In this document: positions 48,394-58,731 of the stretch, one piece after another
Layout of the letters: each line of letters begins with the position of its first letter
Position numbering within the stretch: position 1 is the first letter of the stretch
Assembly: GCA_018895275.1 (NCBI GenBank)
Contig: JAHIOQ010000051.1
Coordinates: 46,409 to 110,408, forward strand
Length of the DNA stretch: 64,000 nt
Source of the DNA: Candidatus Omnitrophota bacterium
GTDB taxonomy: Bacteria > Omnitrophota > Gorgyraeia > B26-G9
Direction of reading: 5' to 3'
Notes under the pieces: generated by a model
What the model saw: only the letters and a program-made list of their open reading frames with translations
Told to the model about the DNA's origin: nothing
The model's database searches: none
Program-made: the position numbers and the translations under genes

Positions 48394-50598
48394 TTACTGC
48401 CCGGACCAACTCAGCTTAGCTGTATATTCAATTCCTTCTATATTATTATCCCATCCATCCCAGGTTGTTACAATTATTCCCTTACATTCCTCGTTGTCTT
48501 TTACAATCCTTATCCAATTCTTGATGTTTTTCTTATCCTTCCATCCAGTGACTAAATAACTAAAGCCTTTAGATTTAAAACAATCCGGAGTATTTTTCAT
48601 TTTATTCATGTGATCATTTGAATCAAACCACCAAGTCATAAGAATAATATCTTTTGAGATTAAATTTATAGCGTTACAGGATTTGCCCGGCAAGCCGCCA
48701 TAATGCATTTGAAAATTATTTTTACCTCCGGTATGCCATGGATTAAACATATCATCCCATACCATCATTTTGACATTTGAATCTATAGTGTGTATATAAT
48801 CATTTAGTTTATTTATGTCTTCGGATAGTAGTTTGTCAAGCGTCATATTTCTTTTTTTACATCTTGAATCCCGGCCTATACCATATATGTCATCGTGTCC
48901 TATAGCTATATAATTCGGTTTTAAAAGATGAATAATATCATTTACTGTTTTAAAAAAGATTTTATATGTTCTCGGCTCAGAAGGACAGTAAGGGGTCATC
49001 CAGGTAGCGGGATGGAATCTTAAAACAAAATCATAACTGATCAATACCGGCTCATTTTCATTAATCTTCCCTGTTTCTAATCTTTCTATTCTCGCAGGTC
49101 TATTATAATTAACAAAATAAGGATGTTTTATTTCTCCATCAAACACTCTATAATCTTTGCCTTCTGTATAGATTTTAGTCTTCGCTGAATCCGTGATACT
49201 AATATTTGAAGACTCCGTTCTTATAACATTCACCAATTCGCCATTCATTCTCTTCAGTTTAAATTCGTCAAGCCAGACTGTTCCGTAGCCATCAATGATG
49301 GACGCCCCAATGTATATTTTAGCAGTATCCGGCCGGGTTACAAAATTAAATTCGAGTTTTTCCCATGATGTGTTTGCATATTGAAGCGGCAGATAATTCT
49401 CCACCAGGAAATTACCACTCCTATCATATTGGAAAATCCGTATCGCAAAACCTCTATCGACAGCGGTGTTTACCTCTCTTTTCTTTGCGTAAAAACTAAG
49501 CGTATAGGCCGTGTCCCGATCAACCATGATCAATTTTGACTGCAAAGTATTGCTGGAAATATTAAGCGGAGAAGGGACATTAATCATTACTGAACAACGG
49601 CCCTCGTAGGCCGAAGTTTTATCCCTGCACCAATCGTTTCTTCCATATTCGTTACCAAAAGTCCATCCCGCAGGTATTCCAGCCACTCCCCCTATTTCAA
49701 AGCCGGAATTTTCCAGGAAGACTTCGGAGGATTTTACAGGCACAGCCATATTATTTATCCATTTAAACGGCTCATCCTGTACCCAAATACCTTCTGCGGC
49801 ATGCGGATCTTTTTGTAAGATAGTTAAAGCAACACCAAAACTCTGTAGTTCTGGTATCGGTTCTATATGTCTTTCCCTACAATAAGCAAATAATTCCTGC
49901 AAAAAAGAACTATTTTCCCGCCCGGGCTGCAAGTTGTCTTTTTCTAATTTCCAAAATGCCTGCTCACTGAAAATAACCGTATTAATTCTTAAGCCGGCAA
50001 TAAAATCCAGCTTTTCTTTTAATTCATTCAAACTCCCTTGCAAATCTAACATGTGAACCGCTCTTATAGCCGTATCAGGGTAATCTACAATCTTAACGCC
50101 TGGGATGCTGATTACATTTCCATTTACTTCCATTAGCTGGAGAAGCGCCTGAACCCCGTAGAATACTCCTGCGGAAGTATGAGCTGTTATAACTATAGAT
50201 GAAGGAAAAACTTCTAAAACATATCCTTCTTTTCCAATCTTATCTGTTATGCGTAGTTCTTTTTTTTCTTTAAAATTATCTTTAGACATAGCAAGTATAA
50301 TGCGCCGGGTTTGAAACTTCGAATTAATATCTGTAATCATTAATTTATTATTTAATTTTTCATTAAGTAATTTTGCAGAAAATATATTTTCCTTATTAGA
50401 TGTATTAACCGATATATCCCAATTTTTATCTACTTTTACTTTAAAGTTTTTAAATTCCATATGTTGAGGCTGTGGAACGATAGAAATATTCTTCTCTGAC
50501 AAACCCGATTGTAAGGTTAGCGCCAAAAGAAAAAATATATTAGCAACGCAAAACATGAAAAGAAATTTATAATTAAACTTCGTTGTAAACTTTTTCAT
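48394..50598 (-). CDS. GH20-like hexosaminidase with inserted CBM4/9-like domain
   Basis: IVPQPQ, EGYVLEV, GVFYGVQAL, IVDYP, IPELQSFG; insert LENSGFE...WLDEF; catalytic region IGHDD. Confidence 0.75.
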   Translation of the reverse strand: MKKFTTKFNYKFLFMFCVANIFFLLALTLQSGLSEKNISIVPQPQHMEFKNFKVKVDKNWDISVNTSNKENIFSAKLLNEKLNNKLMITDINSKFQTRRIILAMSKDNFKEKKELRITDKIGKEGYVLEVFPSSIVITAHTSAGVFYGVQALLQLMEVNGNVISIPGVKIVDYPDTAIRAVHMLDLQGSLNELKEKLDFIAGLRINTVIFSEQAFWKLEKDNLQPGRENSSFLQELFAYCRERHIEPIPELQSFGVALTILQKDPHAAEGIWVQDEPFKWINNMAVPVKSSEVFLENSGFEIGGVAGIPAGWTFGNEYGRNDWCRDKTSAYEGRCSVMINVPSPLNISSNTLQSKLIMVDRDTAYTLSFYAKKREVNTAVDRGFAIRIFQYDRSGNFLVENYLPLQYANTSWEKLEFNFVTRPDTAKIYIGASIIDGYGTVWLDEFKLKRMNGELVNVIRTESSNISITDSAKTKIYTEGKDYRVFDGEIKHPYFVNYNRPARIERLETGKINENEPVLISYDFVLRFHPATWMTPYCPSEPRTYKIFFKTVNDIIHLLKPNYIAIGHDDIYGIGRDSRCKKRNMTLDKLLSEDINKLNDYIHTIDSNVKMMVWDDMFNPWHTGGKNNFQMHYGGLPGKSCNAINLISKDIILMTWWFDSNDHMNKMKNTPDCFKSKGFSYLVTGWKDKKNIKNWIRIVKDNEECKGIIVTTWDGWDNNIEGIEYTAKLSWSGQ

Positions 50599-51703
50599 AT
50601 TCCTTAACCATTCTCTCTAAATTAAAATATTCTTCTACGCGCCTCCGTCCAGCTTCTCCCATCTGTTTTGCTTCTTCCTTGTTTTTCAATAACCTAACAA
50701 TGCCATCGGCTAAGGCCTTAACATCCTTAATAGGAACTAATATTCCCGTTACCCCGTCAACTACTAACTCGGGAACGCCGCCCACATTAAAGCAAACCAT
50801 GGGTTTACTCATCGCCATTGCTTCGACAATAGTCACAGGTACTCCTTCACTAAGCGAGGAAAGAGCGGCAACATCTAAATCTGCCAGTATTCGCGCTGTA
50901 TCTTTTCTATAGCCGGCAAAAATAACCTGTTCCTCTAACCCGAGTTCCCGGCATAATGCCCCGTGTTTTTCTTTCAACGGGCCGTCACCGACAATTAAAA
51001 ATTTTGTCAGGGGAACAGCTTTTAACACTTCCACAGCCGCAGATAAAAAGTATTGGTGGGCCTTTTGCTCATTTAACCTCGCTATTACGCCAACCAATGG
51101 AATCTCGGAGCCTAATCCAAATTCTTTGCGAACCTCACCGATACTTATCCCTTTTCTATAATTTTCCAGATCTATACCTGCATAAATAACTTTAGTTTTG
51201 TAAGAATCCGCATTTTCCTTCGCTATAAGGTTGCCTGCTATGTCTTTGGAAACGGCGACTATCTTTTTCGCATATTTTACTGTAACTATTCTATCTATAT
51301 ACATATATGATTGTTTCTTCCAATGAGAGGAGCTGAGGTCACTTATCGATAAATGACGCGTAAAAATAAAAGGAATACCAGCAAACTTAGCTGCGATACA
51401 GCCAAAAAAGTCCAAGCGGGTTTGATGGGAATGAACGATGGAAATTTTTTTAAGTTTAATTATTCGGACCAACCTATTAATCGCGCCCATATCAAATTTA
51501 CTCTTTGTTTCAAAAGAAATAACCTCCGCTCCGTTCTTCCGGAACTCTTCACTCAATACTCCGTCATGCGGGTAAGCTATTTTAAATTCAAACCGGAATT
51601 TATTAATTTTCTTTAATAGGCACAGCAATAAAATCTCTGCCCCGCCCACAGCTTTCTTCTGTTCTACATCACTAATTAAATGAAGAACTTTAACGATACT
51701 CAT
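50573..51703 (-). CDS. GT4 glycosyltransferase
   Basis: GGAE, ARLNEQK, EGVPVTIVEAMA. Confidence 0.92.
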   Translation of the reverse strand: MSIVKVLHLISDVEQKKAVGGAEILLLCLLKKINKFRFEFKIAYPHDGVLSEEFRKNGAEVISFETKSKFDMGAINRLVRIIKLKKISIVHSHQTRLDFFGCIAAKFAGIPFIFTRHLSISDLSSSHWKKQSYMYIDRIVTVKYAKKIVAVSKDIAGNLIAKENADSYKTKVIYAGIDLENYRKGISIGEVRKEFGLGSEIPLVGVIARLNEQKAHQYFLSAAVEVLKAVPLTKFLIVGDGPLKEKHGALCRELGLEEQVIFAGYRKDTARILADLDVAALSSLSEGVPVTIVEAMAMSKPMVCFNVGGVPELVVDGVTGILVPIKDVKALADGIVRLLKNKEEAKQMGEAGRRRVEEYFNLERMVKEYEKVYNEV

Positions 51704-51707
51704 AAGT

Positions 51708-53102
51708 TTACCTATTCTCCTTCTTGGATAAGTGCCTCAGCATAACAGCCATCGGGACTATTACCCAAAACTGAAGAATTCGTAAATAAGTTATAAACAT
51801 GCCTCCCACCAAACAAATAATTAAGGATACCTGGAATCCAGAAGTTATATCAGCAAGCAAAAAATCTTTTTTTTCTAAAAATTTCTTTTTTGCTTGCCTG
51901 AAATATTTAAAACTCCATATAAATAAAAACAGCATAAAAATCAGTCCACCTATACCCATTTCGGCGGCAATCAAAATAAATGTATTATGCGCATCCAGTA
52001 ATTTATGTGGACGATTACCCGCTCCAAAAGATTCTTTCAAAAATTCCCACTGGGATATCCCCCATCCCACTCCGCGGAACGGGTTTTTCAAAGCCATTTC
52101 AATTCCCGCCTTAGCAGCTATTACGCGTTCATTAATAGCCGGATCACTCAAATTCAAAATACTACCGACTCTTTCCCAATATATTGAGGGGATAATGAGT
52201 CCAACTATTATAAGAAGCAAAACAATAAAAATAATGCTTGCAATAAAGTTACTTTTTTTCCAAAATCTACCCCCTACAGTAAAAAGGAGGACAAATAATA
52301 ACATCACAAATCCACCCCGAGAATAGGTTAAAGCAATACCGGTAATGATAAATAACGTCATAATAAAAAACAAAATTCTTAAATTTAATTTACGATAGTG
52401 CAACAATAAACTTATTACTACCGGCAGGGGGATAATTGACTCAAAGGCAAAATAATTAGGATCATGAGATAGCCCTTTTATTCTGAGCATCATATCTTGT
52501 TGATATCCGATACCATGAAAATACTGGTAAATACCTATAAGTGATAGTGTTACGGTTATAAAACATAAAAACCATGTTAAAAAAATAACCTCTTTGCGTG
52601 TTTTTATTATATTTACAATAGCAAAATACAAGATTATCGCTTTGGGTGCGAGTTCAAAAAAATATGGCAAGCTAAAATCCGGCCATTTAAAGCAGGACAA
52701 TAGCGCTATGGAAAAAAAACTTAATACCAGTAAATTCTGTGGTGCTTTAACCAATTTAAAATCGCGGTATATTATGGCATGGAATAACCAAATTAATAAA
52801 ACTAAAAATGCTAAAGACTTTGCCGGACTTATTACCGCTAATTCACGAAACCAAAATGTCGGATGGAAGAATATTCCGATTAAAAAAACCAACAGTCCTA
52901 CGTAAAGTTTGAAAAAGATAATAACGCTTAAAGCTATACCAAAAAAAATACCAACTGAAATATACAACGGGAAATATAAAATGCTCAGTCCAATCAGAAA
53001 AGAAATACAACTGATAAGGATGATAACCAATGCGGGAAGTTCAATGATCGGACTTTCTTCTAAAAAATTATTTTCTTCCACTTCAAGGATATTCTTTTTC
53101 AT
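51708..53102 (-). CDS. O-antigen ligase/Wzy-type polymerase family protein
   Basis: Polytopic; DPNYFA, TYSRGG, NPFRGVG, AHNTFILIAAEMG. Confidence 0.87.
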   Translation of the reverse strand: MKKNILEVEENNFLEESPIIELPALVIILISCISFLIGLSILYFPLYISVGIFFGIALSVIIFFKLYVGLLVFLIGIFFHPTFWFRELAVISPAKSLAFLVLLIWLFHAIIYRDFKLVKAPQNLLVLSFFSIALLSCFKWPDFSLPYFFELAPKAIILYFAIVNIIKTRKEVIFLTWFLCFITVTLSLIGIYQYFHGIGYQQDMMLRIKGLSHDPNYFAFESIIPLPVVISLLLHYRKLNLRILFFIMTLFIITGIALTYSRGGFVMLLFVLLFTVGGRFWKKSNFIASIIFIVLLLIIVGLIIPSIYWERVGSILNLSDPAINERVIAAKAGIEMALKNPFRGVGWGISQWEFLKESFGAGNRPHKLLDAHNTFILIAAEMGIGGLIFMLFLFIWSFKYFRQAKKKFLEKKDFLLADITSGFQVSLIICLVGGMFITYLRILQFWVIVPMAVMLRHLSKKENR

Positions 53103-53111
53103 CTTTTTGTC

Positions 53112-54056
53112 TCATTTCGGCAGATTCAGCGCCCAGCGCAGTACAGCATTACTGCGCATAAATATATTTTTGACTTTACTCTTAATTGTTCGCGAGCAGA
53201 AGACATAAACAAAAGGAGCAATAAGCTGGATACAAACGTTAACCAAAATCAACATTATTCGATGCCGGATAACCGCCTTCATTCCATACTGCTTTTTAAA
53301 AAATATCTCTATTGCCTTATGCATCTCTATCAGTGTCTTAAAAGGAATTTGTTCTGCGCTTTTGTTCCAAAAATGAATTATTTGTGCCGTTGGCAAAAAA
53401 TAGATCTTCCAGCCCTTCTTCTTTGTTCTATAGCACGTATCGACATCTTCTCCATACATAAAAAACGCTTCGTCAAACAACAATCCAATATCATCCAGGA
53501 TACCAGCTCTGATCATCATACATGCACCGGTAATCGCATTTACTTCTCTCATATCATTATGATCCCAATATGACATTAGATAATGTCCAAAAATCCTGCT
53601 TTGGGGAAATCTTTTATAAAGTGAAGTTAAAACACAAAACTGGGTAAATGGCGTATTATAATTCCGGGCACATTCGTAACGAATTCTCCCTTCCTGGTCC
53701 ACAATTTTAGGACCTACCATACCTGCCTCTTTGTGTTCTTTCAGAAAATTATACATTTTCAGAATACTATCTTTTAAAACAATAGTATCGGGATTCAATA
53801 GTAAAATAAATTCTCCTTTACTCTCCTTTATCGCTTGGTTATTTGCTTTGGCAAAACCAATATTTTCTTTGTTTTCAATTAAAATTACTTGCGAAAATTT
53901 GTTTTTTATCATTTCCACGCTAGCATCAATAGAATTATTATCCACTACGATAATTTCAAAGGAAATATTTTTCACCGTATTATAAAGAGAAGCGATACAA
54001 TTCTCCAAATAATTTTTTACATTCCAATTAACTATTATTATAGAAAGGGTTAACAT
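53112..54056 (-). CDS. GT2 glycosyltransferase (WbbL-like)
   Basis: IIIVNWN, VVDNNS, GFAKANN, LLNPD, GACM, FMYGEDVD. Confidence 0.92.
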   Translation of the reverse strand: MLTLSIIIVNWNVKNYLENCIASLYNTVKNISFEIIVVDNNSIDASVEMIKNKFSQVILIENKENIGFAKANNQAIKESKGEFILLLNPDTIVLKDSILKMYNFLKEHKEAGMVGPKIVDQEGRIRYECARNYNTPFTQFCVLTSLYKRFPQSRIFGHYLMSYWDHNDMREVNAITGACMMIRAGILDDIGLLFDEAFFMYGEDVDTCYRTKKKGWKIYFLPTAQIIHFWNKSAEQIPFKTLIEMHKAIEIFFKKQYGMKAVIRHRIMLILVNVCIQLIAPFVYVFCSRTIKSKVKNIFMRSNAVLRWALNLPK

Positions 54057-55126
54057 TTTTCTGCGATTATTTCGTTTAAGGCTCTCTCAAATTGTTCTGT
54101 AGATTTTTCCCAGGTAAACTGCTTTATATAGTTATACCCTTCTTCAGAAATCCGCTTTAATTTTTCTTCATCATCTAATAAAGATAGTAAGTTTTTTGCT
54201 AAAGCTTCCGGTTCTTTCGGCGAGGAAATCAAAGCAGTTTTACCGGGAATGGTATAGTAAAGGATACCTCCGACATTTGTCGCAACAACCGCGCATTTAC
54301 ATGCCATTGCTTCCATAGGTGGCAGCCCCCATCCTTCTGTCCAGCTGGGGAAAAGAAAAATATCACAGGAACAATATAATTTTCTTAAATCTTCACCTTG
54401 TGGAGCTAAATGAAATTCAGCATATAAAGGGATATCTTTATCTTTATGAGTTCCAAATAAAACTAACTTTATTCCCGAATGTTTCGTTCGGGCAAGTTCA
54501 AACGCCTTTATACCATCCTTTGCTCCTTTCCATTCATAGAGACTATAAAGCATGAGAATTCTTTTATTCTTATTATAAATTTTATTCCCATTATAAAATT
54601 GACCTAAGTTGACTCCATTCGGAACTAAATAAGGCTCCTTTTTATTAAATTTTTCAATCATTAACTCTTTAAGCCATGAAGCAATAACAAGTTGATGAAG
54701 ATTGAATTTATAGGTTTCGTTTACTAAGCTTTCCACACCCATCACAACTTCATAATGTTGAATAAAGTATACTTTTCTGCCCTTTTTAAAATGATATCTA
54801 TTTACATAATATGCTGTCGGCCAGGCAGTAGCAATTACTACGTCCCCATCAGGAATGTATCTTTCGGAAAGAGAAGGAATACCGATAACCGGAACCTCAA
54901 CATTAAACCAATCTATCTTATTGCCTTTTCTCAGATTATCAAAAAAAATTCGTATTTTATGAATATGCATACGCAAATTTATCCATTTCTCTCCGAAATT
55001 CAAGGGAAATAACGGATAAAAGATAAGAACTTTATGCCCCCTTACTTTAAGACGGTTAGCGTACTCAAAAACAACCCTAATACCCCCGCATATTTCCAAA
55101 CATGGGAGAAGAAAAATAATTTTCAT
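54050..55126 (-). CDS. GT4 glycosyltransferase
   Basis: GGIRVVFEYAN, IATAWPTA, EGWGLPPMEAMAC. Confidence 0.9.
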   Translation of the reverse strand: MKIIFLLPCLEICGGIRVVFEYANRLKVRGHKVLIFYPLFPLNFGEKWINLRMHIHKIRIFFDNLRKGNKIDWFNVEVPVIGIPSLSERYIPDGDVVIATAWPTAYYVNRYHFKKGRKVYFIQHYEVVMGVESLVNETYKFNLHQLVIASWLKELMIEKFNKKEPYLVPNGVNLGQFYNGNKIYNKNKRILMLYSLYEWKGAKDGIKAFELARTKHSGIKLVLFGTHKDKDIPLYAEFHLAPQGEDLRKLYCSCDIFLFPSWTEGWGLPPMEAMACKCAVVATNVGGILYYTIPGKTALISSPKEPEALAKNLLSLLDDEEKLKRISEEGYNYIKQFTWEKSTEQFERALNEIIAEKC

Positions 55127-55195
55127 TCTTGTCTTTTAACCTCTCTTCTATTTTTAAAACTTTCTTGCACTTTTTTCGCGATTTAAAATCTTCGT

Positions 55196-56638
55196 TTACA
55201 CAATTTTACTATTCATTAATTGACACCTAATCACCTTTATATCTTCTTTAGAAATCCCCTTTGTCAAAAATAACCCACTTACATAAACACCAATACCTAT
55301 CGCAATAAGCAAAAATAAATTTTTATTCATATTTAAATATAAAATCTCTCCCATCAATACAGCACTAAACAAAGGTTTCAAAAAAAACTTTTTAATCTCA
55401 AGTTTAATTATTTTATTAAATTCTATGTAAGAATAAATGAGTAGCACAACCTCACTTACAACAGTGGCAAATGCCGCACCTTTCAGACTGAAACGCGGTA
55501 TCAACAGTGCGTTTAAACCAATATTGATTATAGCTGAAAAGGCTACACCCATAGCATATTTTTTTTCTCTATTACAAGCTAATAATGAATTGGCATAAAT
55601 CATACAAATGAAACTGACGACAACATACCAAATTAAAATCCGGAAGGCAATAATTCCTCCATCATATTGCGGGCCATAAAAAAAATCCATGATTGGTTTC
55701 GCTAAAACCATTCCTCCTACTCCCAGAGGCAACCCTAATATAATCATCAACTTAGCAGAGTAAGAGAGTAAAGTTTTTAACTTTTCCATTGATTCTTTAT
55801 AATATTTAGAAATAACTGGAAAAATAGAAATAATATAAATTCCACCGATAAAAAATAAACCCAGTATTATCTTATATGCTGCATTATACAATCCGACCTC
55901 TTTATCGCTTTTCATAAAACTTAACATAACCGTATCAAAATTATTATATATTTGAATCATTAGCCAAGCAAATCCCATAGGAGATGCCTGTTTCAATAAT
56001 TTCCACCAATTCTGCGGATTAAAATTATATTTTATTACCCCAAATTTTTTAATTAAAACATAAAAAAGAAATATACTGGCAATCGCATTACCTGCTAAAA
56101 ACAAATACGGAAGAATCAATACTTGAGCAGAATTTTTCATTACGCCGATTACCAATAAAAAATACACCAAGCATCCTAATACTCTCGCGAATCCAACAAA
56201 TTCCATCCGTTCAATACCTTGGAAACACCATTCAAGTGACAATGCTAAAGGAAATAAAGAAAACCCGTAAAAAATTATCAAAAATTTAACATCAAGTGGT
56301 TTGGGAATCAAAAATACCACTAAAACTAGTAATAAAAAAGATATTGCTGCCAAAAAAAGCCTCAGGGGAATAATATCCCCAACATATATTCGCAAAACAC
56401 CTCTATTTCTTGCTACTTCGCGGGTTCCTAAAGTCATAAGTCCTGAATTGGAAATGAGCAAGAAATAAGCAAAAATTGCAGAGGCAAAATTAATTCTACC
56501 AAAATTTTCCACCTCTAATATTCTCGCTAAATAAATAGTCGCCAAAAAAGTAATTATTTTGCTTATTATTTCTGTAACCGACAGGGATAAAAAATTTCTT
56601 AAAATTCTTTTTGCCGTTGTCAAAAAAATAGTCTCCAT
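55196..56638 (-). CDS. wzx: Wzx-type polysaccharide flippase
   Basis: YLARIL...FG, TREVAR, DTVML, VGLYNAAYK, NALLIP...GAAFAT. Confidence 0.9.
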   Translation of the reverse strand: METIFLTTAKRILRNFLSLSVTEIISKIITFLATIYLARILEVENFGRINFASAIFAYFLLISNSGLMTLGTREVARNRGVLRIYVGDIIPLRLFLAAISFLLLVLVVFLIPKPLDVKFLIIFYGFSLFPLALSLEWCFQGIERMEFVGFARVLGCLVYFLLVIGVMKNSAQVLILPYLFLAGNAIASIFLFYVLIKKFGVIKYNFNPQNWWKLLKQASPMGFAWLMIQIYNNFDTVMLSFMKSDKEVGLYNAAYKIILGLFFIGGIYIISIFPVISKYYKESMEKLKTLLSYSAKLMIILGLPLGVGGMVLAKPIMDFFYGPQYDGGIIAFRILIWYVVVSFICMIYANSLLACNREKKYAMGVAFSAIINIGLNALLIPRFSLKGAAFATVVSEVVLLIYSYIEFNKIIKLEIKKFFLKPLFSAVLMGEILYLNMNKNLFLLIAIGIGVYVSGLFLTKGISKEDIKVIRCQLMNSKIV

Positions 56639-56747
56639 TAAAACGATTGCGTTTTATTCAGAATCGTAATTGTTTTATTATTTTTGTATCAAAAATTAGA
56701 ACAGCCACTTTTTGCTAATAAAAATTACATCTCCACTATCGTAAATT

Positions 56748-57704
56748 TTATTTTTTTTTAAAAAAAGTTTCCATATTAATTTTGTACTTGCTTAACATAT
56801 TACATATTAACGCCTTGCAGCATTTTTTTATTTGATTAACCCTCTTAATAAACTGTAAAATAGCGGTGCTGAGCAGGTCTGCCCACACAAGCATATTTCT
56901 CAAAATATTCGGTAACCGTTCGATATTAACTGGAAAATAATTGCAGTACGGGTGAAAAAATCTTGCCCCAGAAGGAATTAATAAGTTCTTAACAATGTTT
57001 TTAAGGGAAATTTGACGGCCTACGCTTATAACAGTATCAGAAATTTTGTCGCCAGGAAGGTAAGTTCTGAAGGGATGATTAGTGACAATTTCAATACCAA
57101 ATATTTGAGCGTATATGGGCAATCTATATTCAAGAAATCCAAGTTCTGGGTTCGTAATTTTAGAGTATTTTTCTAAAAAAATACGAGAAAGAACAACCAC
57201 TATAAATATGCAGAATACAGGATCATGACTATAATTATAATGTTTCTTTATGTAACTTAAAAACTGTAGGTATTTATCTCTTTTTTCTGGAGCTGTTACC
57301 CATTCCCACCCTTGGGCTTCCTTCTCAATTGATCGAACGCCTGATAGAAGAATTTGTCCATGCGGCAGATTAGAAAAAAGCTTCTCTATCGGGGCGAGAA
57401 TTAACATATCCCACTGCACTATAACAATGGAGTCCCAAGGTAAGTATTGACCGCACTGACGATACCACTCCGTGATTAATAAATCACCATTACACCATTT
57501 CCAATATGAGGCGGCATTATACTCAAAAGTATAACAATCATCAAGGTAATCAGTTAATTGAGATATAAATATATCCTTTTGAGCTGGATTTCCTCCATAA
57601 AGACCATAAATATGTATTTTGGGATTGTGCTTTCGTAAAATCTTAAGACGATTTTTGCAAATAAGAGGCTTTTTATAGAACCAGAATAATATAGCTAATT
57701 TCAT
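56748..57704 (-). CDS. Hypothetical protein in the polysaccharide locus (possibly glycosyltransferase-like)
   Basis: 318-aa ORF; WCNGDL and VQWDML motifs; no family recognised. Confidence 0.6.
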   Translation of the reverse strand: MKLAILFWFYKKPLICKNRLKILRKHNPKIHIYGLYGGNPAQKDIFISQLTDYLDDCYTFEYNAASYWKWCNGDLLITEWYRQCGQYLPWDSIVIVQWDMLILAPIEKLFSNLPHGQILLSGVRSIEKEAQGWEWVTAPEKRDKYLQFLSYIKKHYNYSHDPVFCIFIVVVLSRIFLEKYSKITNPELGFLEYRLPIYAQIFGIEIVTNHPFRTYLPGDKISDTVISVGRQISLKNIVKNLLIPSGARFFHPYCNYFPVNIERLPNILRNMLVWADLLSTAILQFIKRVNQIKKCCKALICNMLSKYKINMETFFKKK

Positions 57705-57746
57705 AATATCAACAGGGTGTAAATGGGGACAACGTCGTTTTTTATT

Positions 57747-57888
57747 CTAATACTTTAGCAACTCTAACAAATCCCATCCGTTCAATACCTTAAAACCACC
57801 ATTCAAGCAAAAAGGACAGAAAAATAACAACGCAAATCCATAACAATTATGAAAGATTTAATTTCAAGTGGTTTGGAAATCAAAAATA
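57747..57888 (-). pseudogene. Degenerate internal fragment of a second flippase gene
   Basis: DNA aligns by eye with 56176-56316 (CCATCCGTTCAATACCTT, CACCATTCAAG, TCAAGTGGTTTGG) but has indels and a stop. Confidence 0.8.
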
Positions 57889-57890
57889 AA

Positions 57891-58022
57891 CTACTCCAAT
57901 CCTAATGCGAATTTTATCGCTTTATTAATTGCCTCCATTTTCTCGGCCCGAAGCGCGCATATCCTTTCACTAATAATACTCTTCCTGACCGTGGTAATCA
58001 TATCAAGATTCACCACGCAAGA
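57891..58022 (-). pseudogene. 3' fragment of a second mazF
   Basis: SCVVNLDMITTVRKSIISERICALRAEKMEAINKAIKFALGLE-stop; 36/43 aa identical to the end of 32601-32915. Confidence 0.9.
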
Positions 58023-58727
58023 TTACAAATGCCGATGGATATATTCCGGTATATAATATTCCACCTGCGTCAAAATAACCCCGAGTAATTTAGTGTGGAG
58101 ATTTTTGATTTGCTCCTGCGTTCTCCATAGGACCTCACGCCGCGTCTTTCCGGCCTGAACCGTCAATAAAACCCCGTCTACACAGGGCGCCAGAATACGC
58201 GCGTCCGCAAAAGGTATGAGCGCCGGAGTATCGAATAGCACATAATCGAATTCTTTTTCAAGCTCTGCTATTAAATCTTTCATTTTCTGCGAAGCAAGCA
58301 GTTCCGCCGGATGAGCCGGAATCTCACCTGCCGGCACGAGGGTTAAATTATTAAAATATGTTTTTGTCAGGATATTATCCAGTTGAGCCTGTCCCTTAAG
58401 AAATTCGCTCAAGCCGAGGCCCGCCGGAGTATTCAGCAATTTTTCGATAACCGGGAAACGAAAATCCGCGTTAACCAGAACTATCTTCTTTTCTTTCTCT
58501 TCTGCCATGGCCAGCGCCAGGTTCACCGCCGTGATCGACTTGCCTTCCTGCCGATTCGCGCTGGCAATTATCATCGAACGGAAGGTTTCTCCTCCGTTTA
58601 TTGAGTTCAAATATGTACGGATATTGCGGTATTGTTCGAAAATCGTTGAGCCCGGATTATAATAGGCAACGACCCGCGGGTCAATCCCTGTTTCATTTTT
58701 GGAATTTGTAACAAAGACATTAAACAT
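58023..58727 (-). CDS. CpsD/CapB-type BY tyrosine kinase
   Basis: EQYRNIRT, EGKS Walker A, ADFRFP, FDTP, C-terminal YYIPEY. Confidence 0.92.
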   Translation of the reverse strand: MFNVFVTNSKNETGIDPRVVAYYNPGSTIFEQYRNIRTYLNSINGGETFRSMIIASANRQEGKSITAVNLALAMAEEKEKKIVLVNADFRFPVIEKLLNTPAGLGLSEFLKGQAQLDNILTKTYFNNLTLVPAGEIPAHPAELLASQKMKDLIAELEKEFDYVLFDTPALIPFADARILAPCVDGVLLTVQAGKTRREVLWRTQEQIKNLHTKLLGVILTQVEYYIPEYIHRHL

Positions 58728-58731
58728 AATT

